NCBI GenBank assembly: GCA_963808235.1
Contig: CAWEEQ010000004.1
Span: 3,168,001-3,232,000 of the forward strand
From: an uncultured delta proteobacterium
GTDB taxonomy: Bacteria > Desulfobacterota > Binatia > Binatales > Binataceae
DNA length: 64,000 nucleotides
Direction: 5' to 3'
Shown in pieces: positions 39,924-51,529 of this stretch; position 1 is the first letter of the stretch; the number at the start of each line of letters is the position of its first letter. A program made the translations under genes and the position numbers. The notes under the pieces are model-generated. The model saw only the letters and a program-made list of their open reading frames with translations. It was not told the DNA's origin and ran no database searches.

Positions 39924-41242
39924 GATGCGATCCGCTCGACGACGCTTGCAAAAGCTCGACGGTAATTCGTCTTCACGCCGAGGCCGCGGGTAATACCTTC
40001 GAGGCCGATCAGCGCGCGGATCAGAAACACGCTGTGCGCAGGCGATTGGTAGAGCCGATTCTCGAGCGCGATTTCGCCGACTTTGGCGGCCTTCGCAACA
40101 GTGTCGTAGTCGTGCGGATCGAATGCGCGATCGATCATCATCGGCTCGAACAGGAGGTGAATTATTTTGACCATCGGCGCCGGGTTCTTATCGCGATCGA
40201 TATAGCCGAGCCGAACCATCGCGGCGCCCAGCGCTTTTTCGTCGCCGCTCAGAATCGAGCGCGCGACCTGCAAGTTTGCCTTGCGCACCGGTTCCGGGAA
40301 GCGGCGAATCGATCCGAAATCGAGCACGCCCAGGCGTGGGTGGTGGCTGACGAGATAATTGCCGGGATGAAAATCGGTTTGCAGCGTTCCGAATTCGAGA
40401 ATCTGCCGCCACGCGAATTCGTGAATCTTCTCCGCGACCCATTCGCGCAATTCAAAATCGACCTCGGGACCCATCACGTCGGCCAGCGGGTAGCCGTCGA
40501 CGTAAGTCATCGTGAGCACGCGGCGCGAGCTCATCTCCTTGATGTAACGCGGAATCATGATCTCATCGTCACCGACGAACCGGCGCCCGAACTCGACCAT
40601 GTTGCGCGCCTCGTTCAGGTAGTCGAGTTCCTCGCGCAGGCGCTGTTCGAGTTCCTTGTAAACCGCGCCGGTATCGATTTGCTGACGCATCAGGTCGTGC
40701 CCAAGCGCTTGCAGCGTACGCAACAGCAGTTTCAGGTTCCCGAGATCCTGCTCGACGGTATCTTCGACGCCCGGATACTGAACCTTGACCGCGACCTCGA
40801 TTCCGTCGCGAGTGATCGCTCGATGCACCTGGCCGAGCGACGCGGCGGCAAACGCGGTCTGATCGAAGCTCCTGAAAATTGCTTCGGGGCGTTTACCGAT
40901 CTCTTTGCGAATCTGTTCGGAGATGGTCGCAAAGTTCATCGGGGGGACACTTGATTGAGTCGCGCGCAGGACGTCGAGCGCCTCGCCGGGGAGCAGGTCT
41001 TTGCGAATCGAGAGCATCTGGATGAGCTTCATGAACGCGCCGCGAAGTTGCGTCGAGCTCTCGACGATTCGCTGCGCGTTGCGGATGTGGGTTTCGAGCA
41101 GTTCGCGGTCGCGCGCGGGCGCGCTCAAGAACGGCCGCCGCAACTGGTTCCACAGGTAGCTCGAGCCGACTTGCGAAGCGAGCTCGCCCATCTTGATCGC
41201 GCGGCGCGCGCGTCCGCTGGTGATTGTGGTGCGTTTCGCCAT
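39920..41242 (-). CDS. ABC1/UbiB (AarF) atypical kinase
   Basis: AAASLGQVHRA, VAVKVQYPG, EELDY..EA, DFHPGN, LDFG. Confidence 0.92.
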   Translation of the reverse strand: MAKRTTITSGRARRAIKMGELASQVGSSYLWNQLRRPFLSAPARDRELLETHIRNAQRIVESSTQLRGAFMKLIQMLSIRKDLLPGEALDVLRATQSSVPPMNFATISEQIRKEIGKRPEAIFRSFDQTAFAAASLGQVHRAITRDGIEVAVKVQYPGVEDTVEQDLGNLKLLLRTLQALGHDLMRQQIDTGAVYKELEQRLREELDYLNEARNMVEFGRRFVGDDEIMIPRYIKEMSSRRVLTMTYVDGYPLADVMGPEVDFELREWVAEKIHEFAWRQILEFGTLQTDFHPGNYLVSHHPRLGVLDFGSIRRFPEPVRKANLQVARSILSGDEKALGAAMVRLGYIDRDKNPAPMVKIIHLLFEPMMIDRAFDPHDYDTVAKAAKVGEIALENRLYQSPAHSVFLIRALIGLEGITRGLGVKTNYRRAFASVVERIAS

Positions 41243-42012
41243 CAGTCAGCGTCGCGATCGATTCCGACCCGATTGATGAGAGTGGCTGCCAGAGCCGCCC
41301 CGAAGCCATTGTCGATATTGACGACCGTGATGCCGCCCGCGCACGAATTCAGCATCCCGAGCATCGCTGCGAGACCGCCCATCGACGCGCCGTAGCCCAC
41401 ACTGGTCGGCACCGCGATGACCGGCTTGTCGACGAGGCCCGCCACGACCGACGGCAGCGCACCTTCCATCCCGGCGACGACGATCAGCACGCTCGCATCG
41501 CGAATCGCCTCGAGGTTGGCGGTGAGCCGATGGATTCCCGCGACGCCGACATCGTAAACGCGCGCGACATGATTTCCGAACAGCTCGGCGCACAGCGCGG
41601 CTTCCTCGGCGACCGGAATATCGGACGTGCCGGCGCATAGCACCATCACGACTCCGTGGCCGGACGATTTCACCCGCTCCTTCACGATGGCGCCGATGCG
41701 CGCATCGGGATGATATTTCAACGCGCCAAGTTTGCGCTTGACGGCACGTGCCTTGTCCGCGCTGAGGCGGGTGATGATCAAGTTGCTCTTCGAAGCGAGC
41801 ACGCGTTTTCCGATCGTCGAGAGCTGTTCAGCGGTTTTGCCTTCACCGAAAATTACTTCGGGCACGCCACGACGAAGGCTCCTGTGGCTGTCGATCTTCG
41901 CAAAGCCAAGATCTTCGAAGGGCAGCTCGCGCAGGATTCGGATCGCCGCGGCCGGAGTCAGGTGGCCCGCCGCGACTTTGCCCAGGACCTCGCGGATTCG
42001 CTTTTCGGTCAT
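41242..42012 (-). CDS. larB: Nickel pincer cofactor biosynthesis protein LarB
   Basis: D.HR..RRGVPEVIFGEGKT, AGTSDIPVAEEA, DVGVAGIHRL, PTSVGYG, VVNIDNGFGA. Confidence 0.93.
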   Translation of the reverse strand: MTEKRIREVLGKVAAGHLTPAAAIRILRELPFEDLGFAKIDSHRSLRRGVPEVIFGEGKTAEQLSTIGKRVLASKSNLIITRLSADKARAVKRKLGALKYHPDARIGAIVKERVKSSGHGVVMVLCAGTSDIPVAEEAALCAELFGNHVARVYDVGVAGIHRLTANLEAIRDASVLIVVAGMEGALPSVVAGLVDKPVIAVPTSVGYGASMGGLAAMLGMLNSCAGGITVVNIDNGFGAALAATLINRVGIDRDAD

Positions 42013-42025
42013 CGTAGCTTTTCGG

Positions 42026-43315
42026 TCATCGCTTCTTGAGGAGTTCGGGGCGGATCGGATGCGCGAGGTTCAACATTATCTCGCTGACCGCGCGCGCGTC
42101 GCTGCGAGTCACGGTTATCGTCAAGTCGCCTTCGACCAATCTTTCGCCGGGCTTGGGAATATGGCCAAGTCGTTCGACCACCAGCCCGCCGATGGTAGCA
42201 TACTCATCGGCCTCCGGAAGCTTGAGGCCGAAGCGCTCGTTGAGTTCGGCGATCGGCGCGCGTCCCACCACGGACAGCGCGCGCGGACTGATTATTCTGG
42301 CGAGCTCTTCGCCGAGGTCGTGTTCGTCTTCGATGTCGCCGACGATCTCCTCGATCAGATCTTCCAGGGTCAAAATTCCCGCCGAGCCGCCGTATTCATC
42401 GACGATCACCGAAAGATTTTCGCCCGTGCGCTGCATCGCAAGAAGCGCCTCGTCCAGCGGCATCGATTCGGGAAAATAACTGACCGGGCGCATCACGTCG
42501 CTCACCGGGCGGCTCAGATCGGGTGCGCGCAGCAGATCGAAAACGTGTACGACGCCTACGATGTTGGTGATTCGGCGGCGGAAGACCGGCAGACGGCTGA
42601 AGCCCTCGCGACGCACGGTTTCTATCGTGGCGGCAAGCGTGGTTTCCTCCGGGACCGCGTCGACACGAACGAGCGGGACCATCGCCTTGCGCGCGTCGGC
42701 GCGCGAGAAGCGGAAGATGCGGCTGATCATCTGCTGCTCGACGGGCAGGATGGCGTCGTGCGATGGCTCCTCGGAGGCGTCGGAGGGACGGCGGCGCATC
42801 AATCGCGCGAGATCTTCGCGAGTGAGAAAAACGCTCTCGGCGTCGGCGGGCACGCCGGCCAGTCGGCGGAGCAACCTGCTCAAGATAGTTTCCACGCCGA
42901 GCACGGGGGCCATCACCGTCGCGAGAACTTGCAACGGACGCGCCGCGAACTGCGCGAATCGGTGCGGATCCGCCAGCGTCAGCAATTTGGGAATCGACTC
43001 GCCAAGCAGCAGCGTGATCGGGGTCAGAATAAACGGCGCGAGGTAAACGAGGTGCGGGAAGGCTCGATGCAAAAAACTGGTGAGCAGAACCGCCGCGAGG
43101 ACAGTCGCGAGATTAGTGCCGGTCAGAGTGAGCGCGAGGAGGCGGTCGCGGTTGACGAGCAATTGATCGAGCACCCGGGAGCGCTCATGGCCGCCTTCGC
43201 TTTCGGCGCGCACTTTCAGATCGTCGGCGGAGACCAGCGCTATTTCGGAGGCGGCGAAAAACGCCTGCACCGCGAGGCATCCAAGCACCGCGAAGACCAG
43301 CGCGACGACGCTCAT
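42026..43315 (-). CDS. CNNM/CBS/CorC (hemolysin-family) Mg/Co transport protein
   Basis: AFFAASEIAL, GESIPK, FSRLPV, VDEYGG..GILTLEDLIEEIVG; ATG 43315 overlaps the upstream stop. Confidence 0.9.
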   Translation of the reverse strand: MSVVALVFAVLGCLAVQAFFAASEIALVSADDLKVRAESEGGHERSRVLDQLLVNRDRLLALTLTGTNLATVLAAVLLTSFLHRAFPHLVYLAPFILTPITLLLGESIPKLLTLADPHRFAQFAARPLQVLATVMAPVLGVETILSRLLRRLAGVPADAESVFLTREDLARLMRRRPSDASEEPSHDAILPVEQQMISRIFRFSRADARKAMVPLVRVDAVPEETTLAATIETVRREGFSRLPVFRRRITNIVGVVHVFDLLRAPDLSRPVSDVMRPVSYFPESMPLDEALLAMQRTGENLSVIVDEYGGSAGILTLEDLIEEIVGDIEDEHDLGEELARIISPRALSVVGRAPIAELNERFGLKLPEADEYATIGGLVVERLGHIPKPGERLVEGDLTITVTRSDARAVSEIMLNLAHPIRPELLKKR

Positions 43316-44526
43316 CGCCGCAACCTCGCGAGCTCCACGGCGGCGCCGCGCACGCGCTCGATGGTCGCTTCGAATTCGCCGAGTCTCACCGTCTCGCCGG
43401 CGTGCGGCACCCGTCCGAGGCGTCGAAGGATCAAACTGCCGAGAGTTTTGCCGCCGCCGTAGACATCGATCACGCGAGCCGGCGCAAGCGCGTCGGCAAG
43501 TTTGCCGAGCGCGACCGCGCCGGAGGCAGTCCACTCGTTGTCGGAAATTCGGGTCAGCTCGGGAACTTCGGCGTCGAACTCGTCGTGAATCTCACCGAAG
43601 AGTTCCTCGAGCAGATCTTCGAGCGTAACCAGGCCAAGCAAGCGCCCGTACTCGTTGACCACCAGCGCGATTTGGAAATGGCCGCGGCGCATCTCGTCGA
43701 ATAAATCGGCAAGCATCTTGCCCGGCGGGATGAAGTAAGCAGGCCGCACCAGGCGCTCAACTCGCGGCGGCGAAGGATCGAGACGCCGGGCGGCGAGATC
43801 CTTGGCGTGCAGGATGCCGACGATGTTGTCCTCGCTGCGGCGATAGACGGGCACCCGCGAAAAACTCTCGTGCGCGATCTCCGCCATCAGTTGCACGATC
43901 GGAATTTCGATGTCGAGCGAAAAAATCCGATCGCGCGGCGTCATTATTTCCGACACCCGCCGCGCGCCGAAGTCGAACACCCGATGAATCATCTCGCGCT
44001 CCGCCGGTTCGACTTGCCCCTGGTTCTCGCCCAGCCTGAGCAGCGCCTTGAATTCCGCTTCGGAGACGGGACCGGGCTGCGGCGCATTTTCAATCGGCGT
44101 GAAATGGCGCGCCAACGGATGGAGAATATCCGCCATGAACGCCAGCGGACGCGCGGTGATCCAGGTCAGCGCGGCGGGAAATCCGAGCGCAAAGGTCTTG
44201 GGCGTGATGTCGCAAAAAAGCAGCACGACCAGAAGCATCGCAGGCGCCGCGACGTAAGGGCCGACGTCGTCGCCGAGCCATGCGAGGATCAAAATCGTCG
44301 CGAGGCAGTCGGCGAAAATATTGCAGGCCTCGTTAAGCCCGATGATGATGATCAGCGATTCGAGCGGCCGCCGCATCAGGCGATCGATCGCATGCTGCAC
44401 GGACAAGCTCATCTGCTCGCGGGTGTGCTCCATGCGCGCGAGCGAAAACAGCGCCGTTTCGGAAGCGGCGAGAGTCGCGCTCATCAGGATGAGCAGCGCG
44501 ATCGCGATTGGCAGGAGGAACATCAT
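43312..44526 (-). CDS. CNNM/CBS/CorC (hemolysin-family) protein, second paralog
   Basis: ASETALFSL, DITPK, IMTPR, FSRVPV, VTLEDLLEELFGEI. Confidence 0.9.
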   Translation of the reverse strand: MMFLLPIAIALLILMSATLAASETALFSLARMEHTREQMSLSVQHAIDRLMRRPLESLIIIIGLNEACNIFADCLATILILAWLGDDVGPYVAAPAMLLVVLLFCDITPKTFALGFPAALTWITARPLAFMADILHPLARHFTPIENAPQPGPVSEAEFKALLRLGENQGQVEPAEREMIHRVFDFGARRVSEIMTPRDRIFSLDIEIPIVQLMAEIAHESFSRVPVYRRSEDNIVGILHAKDLAARRLDPSPPRVERLVRPAYFIPPGKMLADLFDEMRRGHFQIALVVNEYGRLLGLVTLEDLLEELFGEIHDEFDAEVPELTRISDNEWTASGAVALGKLADALAPARVIDVYGGGKTLGSLILRRLGRVPHAGETVRLGEFEATIERVRGAAVELARLRR

Positions 44527-44529
44527 TCG

Positions 44530-45594
44530 TCAAGCCTGGCTGCGTGATCGCAGTTGATCCCATCCGGCGATTTTGGCCGCGTCTGCGCCAATGAGTTTCA
44601 ATCGCCGGCCGCCGACAACCTTGCCAATTCGCCGGACCGCGACGCCCAGCCGCCGCGTCAGCTGAGATTCGGAATGTCCGGATCGGACACAAAAGAGAAG
44701 TTCGTAATCTTCGCCGCCGCCGAGCGCGTAAGATAAATCGTCGCCGGCGATCGCCTGATACGCGAGAGATACCGGAATTCGCGACGCGTCGATCTCCGCG
44801 CCGACGCCGCTCTTCTCCAGGATGTGGCCCAAGTCCTGGAGCAGGCCGTCGCTGATGTCGATCGCGGCGGGCGCAGGACTGAGCGCTGCGAGGCGCCGGC
44901 CTGGCTCGAGCCGCGCGTCGGGGCGGAGAAAGCGATCGACGAGATATTTTTTTGCGACGCGATATCTCTTCAACTTAGCGCGCCTGACGATGCGAGCGTC
45001 CAGCTTGCCGGCGAGCAGCCGCCAGCCCAGCCCGGCGTCACCGAGCGTGCCGGTAACAAAGATGTCATCTGTAGGACGGGCCGCATCGCGACGCATGACG
45101 CGCGGGCCAGCTTCGCCCAGCAGGGCAATCGTGATCGAAAGCTCGCGCGCACGCGTGATATTTCCGCCCACGATGTCAGTCGCAGTGGCATGCGCGGCGG
45201 TTCGCAGGCCTGCGTAAATCTTGTCGAGCATCGATGAAGAGACTCCGTCGCGAACCGCGAGATTCACGACGCATGCGGTCGGTCGCCCGCCCATCGCGGC
45301 AATGTCGCTCAAGTTGACCGTGAGCGCGCGGGCCCCAAGAGCGTCGAGCGGAGTCCATCGAAGATCGAAGTGAACACCTTCGACCAGCGAATCAATGGTG
45401 AAGAGAATCGGCGCGCGCGATCGAGAAATAATCGCGCAGTCATCGCCGGGACCCTGGATGGTGCGCGGACTGAGCCGGATAGGAGCGCATAGGCGCGCAA
45501 TGAGATCGAATTCGCCCGGCAGTTTGCTTCGATGTGGCGGCAATCGAGACGGATGGAGTTTGCTATGAGAAAGGCCGCGGAAACGATTCACCAA
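44530..45594 (-). CDS. thiL: Thiamine-monophosphate kinase
   Basis: GEFDLI, GDDCA, EGVHF, NLSDIAAMG, IDISDGL, GGEDYELLF; start uncertain. Confidence 0.93.
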   Translation of the reverse strand: MVNRFRGLSHSKLHPSRLPPHRSKLPGEFDLIARLCAPIRLSPRTIQGPGDDCAIISRSRAPILFTIDSLVEGVHFDLRWTPLDALGARALTVNLSDIAAMGGRPTACVVNLAVRDGVSSSMLDKIYAGLRTAAHATATDIVGGNITRARELSITIALLGEAGPRVMRRDAARPTDDIFVTGTLGDAGLGWRLLAGKLDARIVRRAKLKRYRVAKKYLVDRFLRPDARLEPGRRLAALSPAPAAIDISDGLLQDLGHILEKSGVGAEIDASRIPVSLAYQAIAGDDLSYALGGGEDYELLFCVRSGHSESQLTRRLGVAVRRIGKVVGGRRLKLIGADAAKIAGWDQLRSRSQA

Positions 45595-45657
45595 ACTTCT
45601 TGATTGACGCTAGACGATTGGCAGAGTGCGGGCAAGCCGAAGGTCGATCATGTTCGG

Positions 45658-47013
45658 CTAGCCGGTGCGCGAACCCGGCGGCATTGCGTCGAGAGGCAAT
45701 TCCGCGAACAGGGTGAGTCCGCGCCCGGGCACATTGCGCGCCTCCACTCGGCCACCGACGGCCTCTGCCATCGCGCGCGCGACGTATAGCCCGAGGCCGG
45801 GGCCGGGGCCGCGGCCGTCCTTGGGGCCCTGAAAAAGGCCTTCGAGCTCGGCCATTGAAACTGACGCGCCACTATCGCTGACGTCGACGATGATAAAGTC
45901 GTTGAGCAGCCCGGTTCGCAAGACAACTTCGCCGCGAACCATCCGGCTGATCGCATAAGCGAGCAGGTTGCGAACAATTCGGTCGAAGTGACGCGGATCG
46001 AGACGGCACATCGGCAATCGCGCGAGGTCGGCGCGCAGAGCAAGGCGGCGGCGACGCGCCTGCAGCGCGCAATCCTCCGAGACTTCGGCGATGATGACGT
46101 TCGGGTCTACCTCCACCGGCGCCGCGACGATCGCGTTTTCCTGCAGGTCGTAGTAATCGAGCACGTTGCTCACCACCAAGTTCATGTTCCAGGCGGTCGA
46201 GCCGATTCGCCCGAGCAGATCGGTCCGCTCCTTCGGATTCAGCTCGTCATCTTCGAGAAGACTGACGTAGCCGCTTAGCGCCGCGACCGGGCTGCGGATG
46301 TCGTGGGCCATCGTCGCGATCTGACTCTGGCGAAAGCGCGCGGCATCTTCGAGGTCGTGAACCTGCTTGCGCAGGCGGCGCCGATACCGGTCGATGAAAA
46401 CAGCAGTGTATTGAGCGAAGATCACCGCCGCGATCAGGCCCATCCACCGATATGCGCCGTAAGGCGTATCGATCGGAACCAAATAATTGCACGCGGCGTA
46501 GCCGGCGACCGCACTCAGAGCCATCGCGAACTGCCATCGCGGGCCCCAGCTCACGAACGCTGCGGTAGCCAGCGGACAGAGGGTTATCGCGATGAAGCGC
46601 GATTCGGGATCATCGGTGAAGCGGCTGATCGCGACGAACATCGAAATCAGAAAACAAATGAATAGGTATGTCCACAGCCTCCAACGACGCTTGAACGAGC
46701 GAGTCCAGACCAGGCTGAAGAACAGCAACGTGACGGCGAGAACGATCCAGTGAAGTCCGCTGCCAGGAGCATTGCGTCCGCGCAGTTGCTGATCGTAGAC
46801 GAGGTACGCGAGCAGCATGAAGATGCCGAACGCACCGCCCAGCTTGAGTACGCGGAGCGATTCCTCGTCATCCTCGGTCCACGCAAACTCGGACGAGGTG
46901 CGGCCGATTGGGGCGTATCTCAACCTAGCCCGGGCGTCGTCTCCGCCGGGATTCACAAGCCGCGGACCTCCGGCATCAGCATGGCGCAAAAATTCTCGCC
47001 GGCTCTCAGCCAC
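45658..47013 (-). CDS. Membrane-bound sensor histidine kinase
   Basis: Several TM segments, then MAHDIRSP and GLGLYVAR. Confidence 0.85.
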   Translation of the reverse strand: MAESRREFLRHADAGGPRLVNPGGDDARARLRYAPIGRTSSEFAWTEDDEESLRVLKLGGAFGIFMLLAYLVYDQQLRGRNAPGSGLHWIVLAVTLLFFSLVWTRSFKRRWRLWTYLFICFLISMFVAISRFTDDPESRFIAITLCPLATAAFVSWGPRWQFAMALSAVAGYAACNYLVPIDTPYGAYRWMGLIAAVIFAQYTAVFIDRYRRRLRKQVHDLEDAARFRQSQIATMAHDIRSPVAALSGYVSLLEDDELNPKERTDLLGRIGSTAWNMNLVVSNVLDYYDLQENAIVAAPVEVDPNVIIAEVSEDCALQARRRRLALRADLARLPMCRLDPRHFDRIVRNLLAYAISRMVRGEVVLRTGLLNDFIIVDVSDSGASVSMAELEGLFQGPKDGRGPGPGLGLYVARAMAEAVGGRVEARNVPGRGLTLFAELPLDAMPPGSRTG

Positions 47014-47030
47014 TGGTTACCAACTTGACT

Positions 47031-48226
<1,196 letters not shown>

Positions 48227-48230
<4 letters not shown>

Positions 48231-49561
48231 CGCGACGGCACCATCAGGTCGAGGAATGCGCCGCCACCGTGACGCCAAACGAGCGGCGGCGATTGCATCT
48301 CGCCCGGCGCGGAGGCGTAGCTGACACCAACCCCGTGCAGCATCGCGGTGATCCGCCGGATTTCCTCATCGTCTCCGGCAACCGCGATCGCTTCGATGCG
48401 TCCCGACGTGGCGGCTAAATTTGCGCGCACTTGCGACACGTCGCGCACACCGGTCACGTACAAGGAGCGAAAGCCGGGCGAAACTCTGGGACCGACTACA
48501 AGTGACTGTTCGGAAGGGCCGCTCCGCGTTGACTCGGGCTCAAAGACTACCGTCCATCCGAGCCGCGCTCCCTCGAACAGTTCGATCGGCTCGCCGGCGA
48601 TACGACGCCAGCGCGCGCTCTCTCTGACCTTGAGAATTTCGGCGGCATCGCGTAGCGGGATCTTCGCCGGCGGCATCGAATGCGCAAGCCCGTCGAGCGC
48701 CGATGCCATCCGCGCGGCGAAGTCGCGGGCGGCGTCCGGGTTCGGGGTCACAACAGTGACTTGATGAAGCGACAAACAACCGAGCTGCTCGAACAGTGTC
48801 ACGTCCCGCGCGAGCAACTCCGCCAGGGCGTCGCCGCATGCCGGAGACAGCGCACCCGGTGCGACCACCGCGCCACTCACGCGACTGCCGAAACCGATTA
48901 AGGCATGTTCGTCGTGAAGCGATTCGATGGTTACGTCATCGCCGTACGCGACAACGCGATCGCAATTGGCGGCCAGCGCGGAATTCAAATCACGGCGTGC
49001 GCGGCTCCAGTTGAGTACCATGACGCGCGATGCGACCTCACGATCCAGCTCGGCAAGCGTGCGCGCAAACTCATCGAAGAAGACCGGCTCGGCCGAAGCG
49101 GTTTTGATCAGCAGACTCGCACCGGCGATCAGTCCGATGAATATTTCATGGATGCCCGCACCGGCGACGTTGCCCGCCATGATGAATCCGAGCACGCCTG
49201 GTCTATCTCGGCGGCCGCCGCCCGAAACCTGTGCGGCTAGCGAGCTCAATGCCGCGTGGCTGAACGGTTTCATAAGCGCATCGATCGACGCATCAAGCAG
49301 TGCGACGGAATATCCGGCATTGCCGGCAATTTGCGCGATCGCATCGCACCTGCGCGCGTAGTGCTGGTCTCGCCACAATCGCGATGCTCGCGACAAAACA
49401 TCTGCGACTCGATGCGGGTCAAGGGCGATATTCCGGGCGGCGCGCAGCCGGTCAGCGGCAGACACGATGTCCGAAGCGCATAGTCCTGATGAGTTGCGAT
49501 GCGTCCCGCGCCGTTCTGACTCGTGCCAATGCGCTTCGCTCGCGCCCGAGTTGCCGCTCAT
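48227..49561 (-). CDS. LuxC-like acyl-CoA/acyl-protein reductase
   Basis: IMAGNV, VVAYGDD, GFGSRVS, DVTLFEQLGCLS (catalytic Cys), WRHGG; ATGA overlaps on both sides. Confidence 0.85.
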
Positions 49562-50676
49562 CGAACAGCCTCCGCGGAGAATTGCTCTATCGCGAGCGCG
49601 CAACCGCGCGCTTCGCTCGCGACGCCGCGACCGAGCACGCGCACGCCGCCGTTCTCGAGCGTGCCGAGGTCCTCGCTCATGACCGCCGACACACTGCCTG
49701 CGTTGGCGAGATCAAAAAACGTGAGCATCCCGATTTCGCCGTCCTCGACCGGCTTGAGCGTGACCGGATCGCGCGCCGTAACGCGAAGCCATGGCGGAGG
49801 AATTTTCAGCCGCTCGGATGAATCCGATGCTCCTGCGAGATTGAACGGCGTTGCGTCGTAAAGCTGCGAGCATAGTTCGGTCATTCCGTATTCGTTGATG
49901 ACCATCGCTGGCGGTATGGCGAGCAGTTCGCCTGCCGCCTCGATAACGCTGTGCGCGCGCAGCGGCGTCGTTTGTCCTTTCGCGCCGCCGGTATCCATCA
50001 TCCGCGAGCCGTCGGCAAGCCGAAGCTTCGTCCCGCGCTCCCGCAAATCAGAAAACATTGCCGCAAATGCCGCCGTCGTCCCGAGGATGCAGACCGGTTC
50101 GCGCTTTGCTTGCGCTTCGCCCAGAAAGCGAATCGCCGCACCGGTATCGACGCGATCGCGCGATGCAGCCGCTAGCTGCGAGCCCGTGCCAAACTCCTCG
50201 ACGCACCAACTTATCATCCGCGCGAGCGACGACTCCGGCATCGCGTCGGCAATCGGATGAATCGCGAGCATTGCGAGCGGGCGCCGATCGGGAAACAACA
50301 TCTTGCGCAGGTGCGCGATCGCCGACGCCCGATATATCTCAGGTCGCGGCACAATGTGACGCCCGCGCCGTTCGCGCCCCGCAGTGGTCCCGCTGGTCAG
50401 AAAAACGAGCGCGTCGGGCGATACGCGCGCATCATCAATCGAGAGGTCTTGCGAGAGATCCGCATACTTGAATGCGACGTTGCTGACCGCAGGGATATCC
50501 TCCACGCGGCCCACCGCCGATGGATTGACACCGCGCTCTTCGCAGAAGCGTCGATAGGGGCGCACTGACTGGAACTGGTAGCGAAAGACCTCGAGCGCGA
50601 GCGATTCGAAATCTTCGTGCACAGGCTTGTGGATAAAGGTGAGTACTCGCTCGAAGATTTGCTCGTCAATAGACAT
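49558..50676 (-). CDS. LuxE-like acyl-protein synthetase
   Basis: ALEVFRYQ..PYRRFC, FLTSGTT, MDTGGAKG, NEYGMTEL.SQ.Y, DLAN, EDLG, EARGCA. Confidence 0.88.
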   Translation of the reverse strand: MSIDEQIFERVLTFIHKPVHEDFESLALEVFRYQFQSVRPYRRFCEERGVNPSAVGRVEDIPAVSNVAFKYADLSQDLSIDDARVSPDALVFLTSGTTAGRERRGRHIVPRPEIYRASAIAHLRKMLFPDRRPLAMLAIHPIADAMPESSLARMISWCVEEFGTGSQLAAASRDRVDTGAAIRFLGEAQAKREPVCILGTTAAFAAMFSDLRERGTKLRLADGSRMMDTGGAKGQTTPLRAHSVIEAAGELLAIPPAMVINEYGMTELCSQLYDATPFNLAGASDSSERLKIPPPWLRVTARDPVTLKPVEDGEIGMLTFFDLANAGSVSAVMSEDLGTLENGGVRVLGRGVASEARGCALAIEQFSAEAVR

Positions 50677-50919
50677 GCGTCAAAGCCGGACGGTGGACGA
50701 TCATGGCATCGCCGCGCGCGGCCATTCAATCCCGAAAGTCGCCCTTTTTCGCTTGAAATGCCCATATTTACGCGGCTATCGAAATGCTCTACACTATTTG
50801 CGGTTGTGGGTGGCGTAGCATGCAGCCGCAGCGGCCTCGAACGGCCGGGTAAGCGGGGCTTTCAGGATATTGAATCGAATCGTTCAGCGCCGGGAGACGA
50901 ATGTAACGCCGATTCTGGG

Positions 50920-50946
50920 TGTAACCGATTTTGCGTTGAGTACGTA
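50920..50946 (+). promoter_or_regulatory. Putative ECF promoter TGTAAC-N17-CGTA
   Basis: Upstream of ORF 50994; a second TGTAAC lies at 50902. Confidence 0.35.
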
Positions 50947-50993
50947 CATTTGCTAAACAGACGTTCACCGATCGAGCAAGGGGTTCTCAGGAG

Positions 50994-51407
50994 ATGAAGA
51001 AATTCGCCGCGGGCGTAATGCTCGGGTTTGTTGCGAGTTGGGCTGTCGCGTTCGCGTCGCCCAGCATCAATCACAATGGCAGTTTCTGGAATCGGCTCAA
51101 CAACGCCGCCAAAGACGGTTACGTCAACGGCTATTCGGACGCAATGCGGGTGAGCGTCGGCAAGCTCGAGGTGCTCAACTCGGCGGCCGATTTGTTTCAT
51201 TGGAAAGGCGCGCGCAGAATTATCCATCAGCTCTCCGGACAACTCTCGATGGGCGAGGTGACGCCCGACAAAGCGGTAAAGCGGCTCGATGAATTGTATT
51301 CCAATCAGAAGTACAGCGAGCTCGATCTCGGCGAGGCTCTGCAGACCTTGACGATCCGCGCGAACGAAACTGCGATGCCCGACGCGCCGGTGATGCCTTC
51401 CAAGTAA
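50994..51407 (+). CDS. Exported hypothetical protein
   Basis: Signal peptide MKKFAAGVMLGFVASWAVAFA; AGGAG just upstream; terminator downstream. Confidence 0.7.
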   Translation: MKKFAAGVMLGFVASWAVAFASPSINHNGSFWNRLNNAAKDGYVNGYSDAMRVSVGKLEVLNSAADLFHWKGARRIIHQLSGQLSMGEVTPDKAVKRLDELYSNQKYSELDLGEALQTLTIRANETAMPDAPVMPSK

Positions 51408-51426
51408 CTTTTTTGATTTTCGTGGC

Positions 51427-51460
51427 AGAGGCGGTCTCGTCAGGGACCGCCTCTTTTTTT
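51427..51460 (+). terminator. Intrinsic terminator
   Basis: AGAGGCGGTC...GACCGCCTCT followed by a T tract. Confidence 0.85.
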
Positions 51461-51529
51461 CCCGGCGTCGAAATCGGCGCTTGAAACAGCACCTCTGCGG
51501 CCCTAGCCTTTACTCGCGGAGCATCCATC

